A stretch of DNA of 64,000 bases, from positions 81,016 to 145,015 of the IMG/VR virus record IMGVR_UViG_3300008267_013251, one strand, 5' to 3'. The notes beneath the pieces were generated by a model that ran no database searches, was not told the origin of the DNA, and saw only the letters and a list, made by a program, of their open reading frames with translations. The DNA is from a virus. Of the stretch, positions 10,481 through 20,539 are shown piece after piece; position 1 is the stretch's first letter, and each line of letters begins with the position of its first letter. Position numbers and translations under genes: made by a program.

Positions 10481-10615
10481 CTACTGTACTTTACGAACTT
10501 TGACTTTAATTTTTTCATGCCTTAAATCCATAATAGCACGAAGAATGTTGAATACCTCCGCTGGCTTGGCCTTGCGAAGATCGATAGTTTTGATTCTAGA
10601 AGACTTTGATTTCAT
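10481..10615 (-). CDS. 44-aa basic microprotein (MKSKSSRIKTIDLRKAKPAEVFNILRAIMDLRHEKIKVKVRKVQ)
   Basis: GGAGGT SD, ATG...TAG; fills the gap; below the ORF-track length cutoff. Confidence 0.55.
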   Translation of the reverse strand: MKSKSSRIKTIDLRKAKPAEVFNILRAIMDLRHEKIKVKVRKVQ

Positions 10616-10711
10616 ATAAAAGTATTACCTCCAATTTGCTATTTACGCTCTACGCAAAGAAATATCTTGGAAATTCTATATAATAGTGCCTCAACAAGAC
10701 TAAAATATCAT

Positions 10712-11416
10712 ATGGAAAAGTCAAGAGTCACAATCCAGTATGGTTCCAAACCATATTTATTGATCGCACCTCATGGATACCATGGAGACGATTACAATAC
10801 TGATATCATAACAGAAAGAATAGCCAGCGTACTAAATTGCAACGCCATTATTAATCATGGATGGCAAAAATCAGAACGCTTAGACATCGATAAAGACAAA
10901 GCTAATTGCAACAATGTTTCACACATGAGAGATGTTGTGGCAGACGAATTTCTATACCCCGTCTTAAGAACTGCAAACACGATAGCAAAAAGAAATGGAA
11001 TTTGTATTGTAGTCTGGATACATGGGATTGCTAACCAGATCAGACAGATTACGAACGAAAAGAATCTAGACATGATTTTTGGAAATGGCGCAGGCAAAAA
11101 TTATAACAGCTTTAGTTGCCCGCTTTCTTTAAAAGAATATGTCATTTATATGCTTCACCAAAATGGTATGAAATGCTACGACAGCGCTCCGGGTAGCATG
11201 TATTCTGGATTTGGCCATAACAACATGAACCAACTTTGGGTCAGACACTACCCAGATATAAAGATACATTCTTTTCAAATGGAAATTATAAAAGAACTTA
11301 GAGAAGATGAAACTATTAGCCTTTTAACCGCCGAATATATGGCTGATGCTTTTAAAAACATGGTGAACTATAAAACATGGGTAAGGCCATCACATGTGTT
11401 TTACAAAAAGGTTTGA
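10712..11416 (+). CDS. N-formylglutamate amidohydrolase-like Zn hydrolase
   Basis: LIAPHG, WIHG and FQMEI motifs. Confidence 0.55.
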   Translation: MEKSRVTIQYGSKPYLLIAPHGYHGDDYNTDIITERIASVLNCNAIINHGWQKSERLDIDKDKANCNNVSHMRDVVADEFLYPVLRTANTIAKRNGICIVVWIHGIANQIRQITNEKNLDMIFGNGAGKNYNSFSCPLSLKEYVIYMLHQNGMKCYDSAPGSMYSGFGHNNMNQLWVRHYPDIKIHSFQMEIIKELREDETISLLTAEYMADAFKNMVNYKTWVRPSHVFYKKV

Positions 11417-11417
11417 A

Positions 11418-11678
11418 TTACACAACTTTTGAAGACACATTTCCTAAGTTGTATTCCTCAATAAAATTTAAAAGTGTTGCCATAGTATCATAATGAATTG
11501 GACAAGTAAAATAGAGATTTCTATGTTCGTTGATGTAACAAACTAGTTTTAAAGTATTGACATTTAAAATTTTCCAAACAGTATCCCCAAAGCCAGCAAT
11601 ACTTCCGTCACATTTTTTGATTAGGAAAAGCTCAGAAATTTCTGTTCTACCAAACTTAGCGTTGATTGATTTAGGCAT
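11418..11678 (-). CDS. hypothetical protein
   Basis: GGAGG SD, 86 aa. Confidence 0.65.
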   Translation of the reverse strand: MPKSINAKFGRTEISELFLIKKCDGSIAGFGDTVWKILNVNTLKLVCYINEHRNLYFTCPIHYDTMATLLNFIEEYNLGNVSSKVV

Positions 11679-11764
11679 GACAATCCTCCATGAATCATAG
11701 TCAAAATATTATCATCCATGATAAAAAAGTCAAGAAAAAACCACATAGTTACAATAAATAAAGT

Positions 11765-12076
11765 ATGCCAAGCGTATCCAAATCACAACAAAGATTTTTC
11801 GGGGCTGTAAAAAAATGCCAAGACACAGGCGTTTGCCTGAGCAAAAAAATAAAACAAGTAGCAAAATCTATGAGTAAAAAAGCTGTTAAAGATTTTGCTA
11901 AGACAAAACACAAAAAGCTCCCTGAGAGATTCGGGGAAGGATTTTTGTCGTTCGGTGAGTTCGTTCTATTAAGAGAGGGTAAAAATATGTGTGAGTGCAA
12001 ATGCTCCGGTTGCAAAACAGATTGCAAATTATGTGATTGCAAAAACTGCTCTTGCAAGGGATGTAAGTGTAAATAA
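11765..12076 (+). CDS. small phage protein (MPSVSKSQQRFFG, DUF3008-like) with metallothionein-like Cys-rich tail
   Basis: N-terminal SK.QQRF.G and KDFA.TKHK.LP pattern; 11 Cys in the last 28 aa. Confidence 0.7.
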   Translation: MPSVSKSQQRFFGAVKKCQDTGVCLSKKIKQVAKSMSKKAVKDFAKTKHKKLPERFGEGFLSFGEFVLLREGKNMCECKCSGCKTDCKLCDCKNCSCKGCKCK

Positions 12077-12095
12077 AAAAAATATTTTAAAATTT

Positions 12096-12133
12096 AAAAA
12101 ATAAGACCCTCACTATGAGGGTCTTATTTTTTT
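12096..12133. terminator. bidirectional intrinsic terminator
   Basis: AAAAAATAAGACCCTCA-CTA-TGAGGGTCTTATTTTTT between convergent genes. Confidence 0.85.
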
Positions 12134-12474
12134 TATTCACTTAAGAATCTAATATAGCACTCCCCATAAACTTCTATTTTACCAACTATTGCCTGATATT
12201 CTTTTTGAGTCATGTCCAAGTCAACTGCTTTCATCAATTCTTTATACTTAGTTTTGCAAAGTTTTTTTGCCTGCTGAAGGCCTTCCTCCTTAAGAGTATT
12301 AATTACCTCGGCATATGGCTGATCCTTTGCAGCAAAGTGGTAGTAAGAAACGATTGCATCTCCACCTTTCTCCTTAGCCTTAGATGCTGATTCTTTCGCA
12401 CCAGCTTTTCTATTCTTTAAAAAAACCATAACATCTTCTGATTGCTTATTATTTGTAGCTTCTGAAAAATTCAT
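12133..12474 (-). CDS. hypothetical protein
   Basis: 113-aa ORF, 4-bp overlap with upstream gene. Confidence 0.7.
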   Translation of the reverse strand: MNFSEATNNKQSEDVMVFLKNRKAGAKESASKAKEKGGDAIVSYYHFAAKDQPYAEVINTLKEEGLQQAKKLCKTKYKELMKAVDLDMTQKEYQAIVGKIEVYGECYIRFLSE

Positions 12475-13229
12475 AAGTCCCCCTTAGTTGTAACATCATT
12501 CTGTTTAATCAAAAAATCAAGACATCCAGCCATAGAAAGACCATGCATTCTTTTTGGCTTTTTAACAAAGTCACTCAAACAAGCTGGTGGTTTACATTTG
12601 AAATTCTGCATCCAGAAATTTGAATTCAAAATCTCCTTCATATAATCCTTGATACATGCCTCATGAGTGAATAATCCCATACTGACAACTTGATTCCATA
12701 TTTTTTTTATAATCTGTTTTGCAGTTGGAATCAAATCAACATCTATAAAACCAAACATAATATTCTCTTCAAACTTTTCAATATTTACCTCAATTATCCC
12801 CGGCACGAAAATGCAACTATCAATCTTGCCGTACTTACTGACATATGACTTTGTGTTTTCTAGCGTGGATGCAAACTGACCTTTTTGAAACTTCCCTAGA
12901 TGACTATATTTTTGATCATAAGTTTCATATTCAGCAGACTCCAGAAGACCACAAAACGAATCAAAAACATAATATTTTTTATTTAAATGATGAGCCAAAT
13001 GAGAAAGCTTTGCTGTCATGCCACCAGCATAACACCCAAATTCAACCATCGCTCCGTCTGTATTTTTATACCTAAGTATATAGTCTGCCATATACAAAGC
13101 ATCGGGCAAAAAATGCCCGCACGGAATATTTTCCTGTGCCTTTTTGAATTCATCCAGCAGATAGCTTCGAAACTCTTTCGTATCGATGCCATCATCAAAA
13201 GATTTAGACAAAAATATTTCTTCATCCAT
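12471..13229 (-). CDS. TylF/MycF-family O-methyltransferase
   Basis: GAMVEFGCYAG, FDSFCGL and FIDVD motifs. Confidence 0.8.
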   Translation of the reverse strand: MDEEIFLSKSFDDGIDTKEFRSYLLDEFKKAQENIPCGHFLPDALYMADYILRYKNTDGAMVEFGCYAGGMTAKLSHLAHHLNKKYYVFDSFCGLLESAEYETYDQKYSHLGKFQKGQFASTLENTKSYVSKYGKIDSCIFVPGIIEVNIEKFEENIMFGFIDVDLIPTAKQIIKKIWNQVVSMGLFTHEACIKDYMKEILNSNFWMQNFKCKPPACLSDFVKKPKRMHGLSMAGCLDFLIKQNDVTTKGDL

Positions 13230-13232
13230 GAC

Positions 13233-14144
13233 TTATATATTGCCAACGGATAGACTTAATTTGCCACCTATAATTTCTGCCTTTAAATACTTAATTGAAT
13301 TTTCTCGTATTTGCCTTACTCTCTCCTTGGTCAATTTTAAATCTTTACTTATTTCTTTCAAAGTCCTCTTACTCTGCCCAAGCAAACCAAAACAATTTAC
13401 TAGAACAAAATATTCACGCTCATCCTTTTCCTTGATGATTTGCAAAATTTTCTTTATGTCCGTATTAACTCCTTCAGCATTTTCAAATGAAACTGAAGCG
13501 TTAAAATCATTTTCATCTATTTTTTCACCGAAAAAACCACTATCTAAATTTGTTGAGAAAGATTCATAAAACTTTTTATCCGAAGCATGCTCTCTGAGAG
13601 TATTGTTCATTAACACCCAAATGCAGTAGGTGGAAAATTTAAAACCCCTTCTGAAATCAAAGCCATCAACAGCTTTAATAATATTGATAAAACAATCACT
13701 TATAAGATCGTTTATATTATCACCATAGTAGTCTTTTCTTTTTTTCAAGACTTTAGCAGCCAAGCGTGTATTACAACGCACTAAGAAGTTTCTTAATGAT
13801 ATAGATTTTTGATGATAATATAATGTTTTTTGTTCGTTTTCAGATGTTTGATCTAACTCATATGCTTTGTAATGTTTAAAAGACATGTACTTGAAATAAT
13901 TGAATTTCCTGAAAATGAAAAACTCTTGTTCTTTGCTAAGCAGAGGCTCACAATAAAACTGTCTAAGCTCTGGTGTGACTTTTTGTATTTGCTTGTCAAT
14001 TTGATCTTTCTTTTTATCGAAGTCTTGAATGCTTGGCATTTCTCCAGTAATTTCATCTATCATCGTATTGTCATCAAAAATGTCAAGATGCCAAAACTTG
14101 TAATTTTTCTTATTTATCTCTTGTTGGATTTCAGATATGCTCAT
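13233..14144 (-). CDS. RNA polymerase sigma-70 family factor
   Basis: PLLSKEQE, NTRL, KAVDGFDFRRGFKFSTY (region 2) and TLKEI..L.LTKERVRQI (region 4). Confidence 0.92.
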   Translation of the reverse strand: MSISEIQQEINKKNYKFWHLDIFDDNTMIDEITGEMPSIQDFDKKKDQIDKQIQKVTPELRQFYCEPLLSKEQEFFIFRKFNYFKYMSFKHYKAYELDQTSENEQKTLYYHQKSISLRNFLVRCNTRLAAKVLKKRKDYYGDNINDLISDCFINIIKAVDGFDFRRGFKFSTYCIWVLMNNTLREHASDKKFYESFSTNLDSGFFGEKIDENDFNASVSFENAEGVNTDIKKILQIIKEKDEREYFVLVNCFGLLGQSKRTLKEISKDLKLTKERVRQIRENSIKYLKAEIIGGKLSLSVGNI

Positions 14145-14227
14145 GTTTTCCTCTAAGATAAATTCAAAACAAATGTTTGAATATTAAAATTATTATTTAT
14201 CTTAGATGTATTTGCGTCAACTAAAAT

Positions 14228-15478
14228 TTATGATTTTAGTATTTTTTTCCAACTTCTTTCAACATCTTGTTCTGTTATTTTCAAATTCTGTCCTTTGTAC
14301 TTGTCTATATTGAAACTAAAGTCAAACAAAACTTTTTCGATGACTTGCTTTAATCCTCTTGCTCCTGTTTCGAACCCATATGCAATTTTTGCAATCTTTT
14401 CTAATGCCAGACGATCAAAATCCAAATCTACATCATCATACTTGTAGGACTTTTTATATTGGTTGACTAACGAATTTTTTGGCTCCAACAATACATGCAA
14501 TAAATCATCAACTTGCAACTTTTCTAGCTTCTGAATTAATGGGAATCTACCCACGAACTCTGGAATCATGCCGAAGTACACCAAATCTTCTGGCAAGACT
14601 TCCAATTCTTCATCGGCCTTATGAACCGTACCAAACCCCATTCTTTGGCCATTTCTTCTTTGTACAATATCTTCTAAGCCAACGAATGTTCCACCCACTA
14701 TAAAAAGTATATTTGATGTATCAATCTGCAAAAACTTTTGTTCTGGATGTTTACGGCCCCCTTGAGGCATCACATTACATACTGTTCCTTCTATGATTTT
14801 AAGCAGACCCTGCTGCACACCCTCTCCACTAACATCCTTGGTTATTGAAACATTATTCCTACTTTTTGCTATCTTATCAATTTCATCGATGTAAATTATA
14901 CCTTTTTCGGTCTTTTTTATATCATATTCTGAGTTTCTGTAAAGTGATGTAATAAGGCTTTCAACATCCTCTCCGACATAACCTGCTTCTGTTAATGATG
15001 TTGCATCTCCTATTGCCAAGGGCACATCAAGAAATTCTGCTAGTTTTTTGATGAGTAAAGTCTTTCCTGATCCTGTTGGCCCAACCAAAAGAACATTGCT
15101 TTTTTCAATCTTTACATCTTTGAATGGGCACAACTTGTCGCTTTTAGGGGAAAATATTCTTTTATAATGGTTTGCGACAGATATAGCTAGCGCACACTTC
15201 GCATTGTTTTGACCAATTACATGTTGGTCTAAATGTTCTTTTATCTGCCGTGGTACAATTTGTGATAATTTCTTGGTAACAGACTGTGAAGAAAAAGACT
15301 TTTTCTCTCGATCAAATTTGTAAGTAAAAATATGCTCACATGTATTATGGCAAACAGAACATATACAAACGGAATTGCCTAAAGCATTTCCTTCAATTAG
15401 AAAGCCAACTTCTTTGGTTGTTTTGCCACAAAAAGCACAACGAGGGGGTGCTTTCTTGATTGTTTTTCTCTTTTGCAT
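14228..15478 (-). CDS. clpX: ATP-dependent Clp protease ATP-binding subunit ClpX
   Basis: C4 zinc finger, [43 protein letters not shown] loop and TGARGL. Confidence 0.97.
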   Translation of the reverse strand: MQKRKTIKKAPPRCAFCGKTTKEVGFLIEGNALGNSVCICSVCHNTCEHIFTYKFDREKKSFSSQSVTKKLSQIVPRQIKEHLDQHVIGQNNAKCALAISVANHYKRIFSPKSDKLCPFKDVKIEKSNVLLVGPTGSGKTLLIKKLAEFLDVPLAIGDATSLTEAGYVGEDVESLITSLYRNSEYDIKKTEKGIIYIDEIDKIAKSRNNVSITKDVSGEGVQQGLLKIIEGTVCNVMPQGGRKHPEQKFLQIDTSNILFIVGGTFVGLEDIVQRRNGQRMGFGTVHKADEELEVLPEDLVYFGMIPEFVGRFPLIQKLEKLQVDDLLHVLLEPKNSLVNQYKKSYKYDDVDLDFDRLALEKIAKIAYGFETGARGLKQVIEKVLFDFSFNIDKYKGQNLKITEQDVERSWKKILKS

Positions 15479-15523
15479 AAATCAAATTTAATTCGTAACT
15501 TTGACATATGCAACTAAATTTAT

Positions 15524-15898
15524 TCATCGCAATTTGAAAGTTAAATCATTGTCTTCCTTTACGATGAGCCCTTGTGTTTTCAAACAACTCAATCTGGATT
15601 TCAACATGCTACGAAAAACTTTTTGCGATGCCATCGACTTATATCCAGAGTTTAAAACAAACAACATAATCGATGAAAAAGTTAAACCATCAGGTGAACT
15701 TTTTAATGCATTTAAAATTGTGCTATCAAGGCTGTCTGGGTTCTTTGCTCCTTTCGGACGACCCGGACCTTTTCTTGTATTCACCTCAACTGTGCATGGA
15801 TAGAAAGTATCAATAAGAGAATGAATTGTTGCCAACTCGCTCTCCAGCTGATTCTTCTTATTCATCAAGTAAGAAAAGGATAACCCTATCTGCTTCAT
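15524..15898 (-). CDS. putative DNA-binding protein (AT-hook plus winged-helix-like)
   Basis: RKGPGRPKG AT-hook-like motif followed by a helical basic domain. Confidence 0.55.
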   Translation of the reverse strand: MKQIGLSFSYLMNKKNQLESELATIHSLIDTFYPCTVEVNTRKGPGRPKGAKNPDSLDSTILNALKSSPDGLTFSSIMLFVLNSGYKSMASQKVFRSMLKSRLSCLKTQGLIVKEDNDLTFKLR

Positions 15899-15902
15899 TT
15901 TT

Positions 15903-16694
15903 TTATCCTACTATCCTAGCAAATTCTGGAATTGCTTGCGGATTATCCACTATGAACTGTTTGATCTTCTTTTTAGCCATGTTGAGAGTTCTGAAATCCG
16001 TAGGCCTGCTTTTCTTTATTGCAACAAAGTTGTTAATTTCAAACATCTGCTTTTCCGTAATTTTTGCTTGCGGAGCAATTGTTTGCAAAAAATCAACAAT
16101 GCTTATCGTTACCTCATTCATTCTTGGGTCTATGATAGAATTTTCAAAAGAATCCTTGAACAGCGACCCGCTAGAACCAGAAGAATTGCAGTCGCTAAAT
16201 AAGGAGATTTTACTCCACTTGCTATCCTTCTTTTCTCTAGAAACTCGTTTTTTATAAATAGTAATATTATTTCTGATTCCATTGATAGCAAAAGTTGTGA
16301 ATTTTATATCTTCTCTTGTATATTTCCACACGCTATTTCGCAACCCTTCCATGCAGAATTGCTTTAACTCAGCCATACTATCGATCTTGCCTTTCTTTTT
16401 ACCTATCTCATGATATATTGCAGGTACATATTGTCTAATTAAAAATGATTCAACAGATGCCGGATAAAGCATCTTGTCCCTATTTTCTGTATAAAATTTA
16501 CCTAAAAACTTTTGTGCTAGTTTTTGTTTTTCTGTCAAAAATTTGACAAAATAGAAGAATCCATAACGATATCCAACATTATGCTCGTTGAGTAACAACT
16601 TATTCTTTTTGTCTTTCCTGATCCTCTTAATTTTCTCTGTACATGCAGCAATAAGCCTGTTTGCTTCTGCCAGCTTGATATAGTCAACATCCAT
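15903..16694 (-). CDS. divergent sigma-70 region-2-like protein
   Basis: ELKQFCMEGLRNSVWKY...KFTTFAINGIRN, similar to the 9515-10372 product. Confidence 0.5.
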   Translation of the reverse strand: MDVDYIKLAEANRLIAACTEKIKRIRKDKKNKLLLNEHNVGYRYGFFYFVKFLTEKQKLAQKFLGKFYTENRDKMLYPASVESFLIRQYVPAIYHEIGKKKGKIDSMAELKQFCMEGLRNSVWKYTREDIKFTTFAINGIRNNITIYKKRVSREKKDSKWSKISLFSDCNSSGSSGSLFKDSFENSIIDPRMNEVTISIVDFLQTIAPQAKITEKQMFEINNFVAIKKSRPTDFRTLNMAKKKIKQFIVDNPQAIPEFARIVG

Positions 16695-16816
16695 GTTTAC
16701 ACCTCCTTTGACTTGCTAGAATAATTTACTAAATCACCAACGAAATGGCAACTTGAAGAAAAAACTTGTCTTGCTCAAATATTTGAATAAAATGGTTAAT
16801 CAAGGGAGGATTGACA

Positions 16817-17023
16817 ATGCTTGTGTTGACCAGAAAAGAAGATGAAAAAATTACTATTCGCTGCCCAGATGGCTCATTTATCAACATAACAATTTGTAGG
16901 ATAGATGATAACAGAAAAGTCAGAATAGGTATCGATGCAGACAATCGATATAAAATTACTAGGACCGAACTCATAAAAAGGTCTAATCAGACAGAAACAG
17001 AATTCTTCAAAAAATACGAATAG
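16817..17023 (+). CDS. csrA: carbon storage regulator CsrA/RsmA
   Basis: MLVLTRK..E.I.I, KVRIGIDA and I.RTEL; GGAGG SD. Confidence 0.9.
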   Translation: MLVLTRKEDEKITIRCPDGSFINITICRIDDNRKVRIGIDADNRYKITRTELIKRSNQTETEFFKKYE

Positions 17024-17028
17024 CTAGC

Positions 17029-17076
17029 AAAATAAAAACCCTTGTTAGGCAACGACAAGGGTTTTTATTTTTTTTT
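17029..17076. terminator. intrinsic terminator downstream of csrA, probably bidirectional
   Basis: AAAATAAAAACCCTTGT...ACAAGGGTTTTTATTTT with T-run. Confidence 0.75.
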
Positions 17077-17332
17077 CAAATTCTTGCAAAGTTAAGCAAT
17101 CAATTTCATACGCTTCTAATATTATTTCAAAGTCTGCATCATCAAGTTGCATTTCAAATTTGAATTGCTTTAGGTTGGTGTATTGCTTTTTTTTCAAGAT
17201 TTTATAAGCAGCTAAAAGTATATTTTTTCTTGAACTTTCTATTATTTTATTACATTTTGGGCACAATATAAACCCATCTATAAGTCTTTCAGGTAAAATA
17301 TCTGCACAAAATGGACAGTATGATATCATCAA
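17045..17332 (-). CDS. zinc-ribbon hypothetical protein
   Basis: CPFC...CPKC. Confidence 0.65.
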   Translation of the reverse strand: MMISYCPFCADILPERLIDGFILCPKCNKIIESSRKNILLAAYKILKKKQYTNLKQFKFEMQLDDADFEIILEAYEIDCLTLQEFEKKIKTLVVA

Positions 17333-17347
17333 AATTATTTATACAAC

Positions 17348-17388
17348 GGCAAACAAATGTGCAGAAAAAATCTGCACATTTGTTTGCC
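17348..17388. repeat. perfect 18-bp inverted repeat
   Basis: GGCAAACAAATGTGCAGA-AAAAA-TCTGCACATTTGTTTGCC. Confidence 0.9.
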
Positions 17389-17399
17389 AAAAAAACCAA

Positions 17400-18626
17400 T
17401 TATATGACTAAGCCTTTGTTCTCAAAGACACCATTCCATCTATTCAGGAAAGACTCACAATCTTCTTGGTTTTCAATTACAGCGTTCAGCAGTTCCTTAG
17501 CAAAGTCTAAAACTATTGGCTGGACTACTGAATTTTTTTCTAAAAGCATCTTCTCCATGGGCTGAATCCATTTAGATACGATATCTGTATAGGATACACC
17601 ATGCTCATCAATTGATACTTTCTCAGAAGATTTGCTAGGTTTGCTGTTCCTTTTGCCAATGTTGCTTTTAGCTGGAGGAGGAACAACATTTCTACCAGAC
17701 ACCCTAGTTTCAATATGATTAATTGCTTCTTTCTGCTTTTCCTCTTGCTGTCGATAGTTTTCGATCAAAGCATCAGCAGCTTCCTCTGCCGATTCATCTC
17801 CACTATGGCTTGCCTGCGCTTTTTCAGCCAAGGCATTCTCGATCTTCTTTTTTGTGGAAATAATACTTCGAGCTTGTTTTTGCTTTTTAACTAGGCTTTC
17901 TTGTTCAGCTTTGGTATAAGCTTCTTTGAAAGCAGCTAATCGCTCGGCTCTTGTTTCGAACATAGACAGCTTCTTGGCAGCAGAAATATTCATTCTGTTG
18001 CTAAACAAAGCATCTAAAATATCAAAATCTTCTGCTAACTTATCAAGTAAAGACCTGACATTATCAAGCCATTGTTGGTTATTTCCAGTCATTTCAAGGA
18101 TTTTGTTGTCGGGAATTTCTTTCTCTCGACAATATTGAACAAATTTGTATTCAGTACCAGCACCAAACTTCACCTTGGTTTTATCTTCTTCAAATGCCAT
18201 GACATAACAGTCAAGCTCATCAATATCTTCATATAAACGGATAAACACTTGGGAGTAAAGTTCATCGGCAGGTACCTTGGACCCAATAGCCTGATCATAA
18301 CAATCGGCCTGTTCAGCAATCAGTTCTTTGATTGCAAGCAACCTTCTATGACCATTAATCAGGTGAATCTTGTTGTTCTTGATTCTGCCTATGAGCGCCG
18401 TCAGCAACCCCCGCTCTTGAATTGACTTCTTCAGAGCGTTTATTTCCTCAACGGAACAGCCGTTGGCTGAGTACTCAAATGTTTCTGTAAAAGAACGAGG
18501 ATTGATGAATGTCAAATCTGACGCATGTCCCTCTGCGTCCATTTCATCGGAAGTTTTTTCTATGATTATATTGTTGATATCAACTTTATAAAAATTATCA
18601 GCTAACTTCAAAGCTCCGTCCATCAT
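17400..18626 (-). CDS. ParB/Srx N-terminal domain protein
   Basis: NPR, L..SI..RGLL..L and LINGHRRL motifs; coiled-coil C-terminal half. Confidence 0.75.
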   Translation of the reverse strand: MMDGALKLADNFYKVDINNIIIEKTSDEMDAEGHASDLTFINPRSFTETFEYSANGCSVEEINALKKSIQERGLLTALIGRIKNNKIHLINGHRRLLAIKELIAEQADCYDQAIGSKVPADELYSQVFIRLYEDIDELDCYVMAFEEDKTKVKFGAGTEYKFVQYCREKEIPDNKILEMTGNNQQWLDNVRSLLDKLAEDFDILDALFSNRMNISAAKKLSMFETRAERLAAFKEAYTKAEQESLVKKQKQARSIISTKKKIENALAEKAQASHSGDESAEEAADALIENYRQQEEKQKEAINHIETRVSGRNVVPPPAKSNIGKRNSKPSKSSEKVSIDEHGVSYTDIVSKWIQPMEKMLLEKNSVVQPIVLDFAKELLNAVIENQEDCESFLNRWNGVFENKGLVI

Positions 18627-18683
18627 TGTGTCCTCCTTGATGAATTAAAACCCCGTTTTAAAATACCGGACCAAAAAAAATAG

Positions 18684-19460
18684 TCAACTCACCAAGAATT
18701 TTTTACGGTCCTGTTCATAAACCTTCAAGTTATTTTTTAGCAACTCCATGTAAGAGTTATTTTCATTGACCAGCTTAGTAATAGTTGACCCGCCCTCATG
18801 ATATACAAAGCTAGAGTTGCTGTAAAATTGTGGAAACCCAGCTTTTCTACATTTGTCTCCAAATAACTCATGTTCGTACCAACAAAGTGGATATTCCGGG
18901 AGACCGCCTAATATGTTAAAAATTTGCTTGTTTATTAAAGTACAAATGAAAGGCGAGTTGGTATCGGTAAATTTTTCTGGAGGTAATTCAGCTGATTGGT
19001 TTTTCTGTAAGAATTTCAATCTAGAATTCATAGGATTATTTGTTACACTACAGATAGTTGCTATGTTTTCATTTCTTAATTTATAAAAATCATTGCACAA
19101 ATTCCAAAGAAAATTAGGCTCAACAACTTTGGTATCGCTATGCATCACACAAGCTACACTTGATTTGGATTGGCGTATTCCTTCGTTAACTGCTGCCCCA
19201 AATCCAACAGGTCTGTCAAACTGAATTAAATGGACACCTGTAGTTTTTGTAAAGTTCGTAATAAATGATTTGTTTTTGGAGGCATCATCTACAAGGTATA
19301 TTTCGCATCTAGGTTTTTTTACTTTTTCAAAAATAGATTGCAACAATTCAATAACTCTTGAATTCTCGTCACGAAATGGAATGATAATATCAACAAAAAA
19401 ATCTGTAACACTAAACCTAGCCTGATACTTAAATGTTTTACCCTTCAAATTGTCTTGCAT
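18684..19460 (-). CDS. glycosyltransferase family 2
   Basis: DIIIP, LVDDAS, GFGAAVN.G, HSD and VYHEG. Confidence 0.8.
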   Translation of the reverse strand: MQDNLKGKTFKYQARFSVTDFFVDIIIPFRDENSRVIELLQSIFEKVKKPRCEIYLVDDASKNKSFITNFTKTTGVHLIQFDRPVGFGAAVNEGIRQSKSSVACVMHSDTKVVEPNFLWNLCNDFYKLRNENIATICSVTNNPMNSRLKFLQKNQSAELPPEKFTDTNSPFICTLINKQIFNILGGLPEYPLCWYEHELFGDKCRKAGFPQFYSNSSFVYHEGGSTITKLVNENNSYMELLKNNLKVYEQDRKKFLVS

Positions 19461-19848
19461 AAATTTCCAAGTTGCCTTTCCAGTTCGGTGAGTTCATATC
19501 ACACAGATAATATCCAAGGTCACCAAATTGCTTCTTATCTTTTTCGGATAATGCGTAAAATAATAAAATTTTGGGGCAGTCTATTAGAGTCTTTGTCTTA
19601 ATTCTTAACTGCGGAAAGAATTTAGCTGGATCGAAATCAAATCTTGAATTCGTCAAAGACCTTGTTATGCCTTCTAACTTTACTTCCTTAATTTCTTCGG
19701 TATCAATCAAAACAAAATTTGGCTGGGGAAATAACTTTTTAAAACTTTGACTGAAGTCAACTGCATCCTTCAATTTAATTTTATTGTAAGCAAAACATGC
19801 CAAAATAAAATTTTTTGGAACAATTTCTTCAATCATGTGATCGTGCAT
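19438..19848 (-). CDS. hypothetical protein
   Basis: 136-aa coupled ORF. Confidence 0.6.
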   Translation of the reverse strand: MHDHMIEEIVPKNFILACFAYNKIKLKDAVDFSQSFKKLFPQPNFVLIDTEEIKEVKLEGITRSLTNSRFDFDPAKFFPQLRIKTKTLIDCPKILLFYALSEKDKKQFGDLGYYLCDMNSPNWKGNLEIYARQFEG

Positions 19849-19849
19849 A

Positions 19850-20539
19850 TTAATTTTGATTCTCTAATTCAACATTCCAGTAAGCTGAATCTAGCCATTG
19901 TTTCCAAGATTCATAATAAATATTCATCCTTAAATCTCTCAACCTCGGCTTGATTGGCGTTTTATTGAGTGCCATTCCATGTGGAAATCGTGCGTGAGTC
20001 ACCTCATGAAGTGAACGATTACCTTTAATTGAGTTACAAAGCGTACAAGAAAGGACACAATTTTCCCATGTAGTTTTGCCACCCTTAGATTTGGGAACGA
20101 TATGATCTATGGTTAACTCTTCACTTCCCGGTCGAATACCACAATACTGACACTTGTAATCATCTCTTTTGAAAATATTGGCTCTAGAAAAAATCACAAT
20201 TTGCTTGGGGAATTTATCGTATTTAGTAAGCCTTATAATTTGAGGTATTTTAAATGAAAATGATACAGTTTTAATAGCATCATTTTCATTTTCTGGCTTA
20301 ATCTGAGACCATTCTTCCCAAGTATAAGGCACACAAGACTCATCTATAATCAAAGCCTTTTTTTTACCATTTTTATCGGCTGAAAACAAAAGATTCAACG
20401 CCTTATAAACAGGACTAGTCCCTATAACTGTCCAGCTTTTGTTTAGCACCAAAACAGGCTTGGTAAGTTTTTCAAGCATTAACATATTTATAAATCTCGA
20501 CAATTGTTCTAAAAATATATATTTATATTTATTCGTCAA
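19850..20539 (-). CDS. HNH endonuclease (McrA-like)
   Basis: VLVLN, RDDYKCQYCG, TIDHIVPKSKGG.TTWEN.V..C..CN..K; true start may be ~20484. Confidence 0.9.
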   Translation of the reverse strand: MTNKYKYIFLEQLSRFINMLMLEKLTKPVLVLNKSWTVIGTSPVYKALNLLFSADKNGKKKALIIDESCVPYTWEEWSQIKPENENDAIKTVSFSFKIPQIIRLTKYDKFPKQIVIFSRANIFKRDDYKCQYCGIRPGSEELTIDHIVPKSKGGKTTWENCVLSCTLCNSIKGNRSLHEVTHARFPHGMALNKTPIKPRLRDLRMNIYYESWKQWLDSAYWNVELENQN

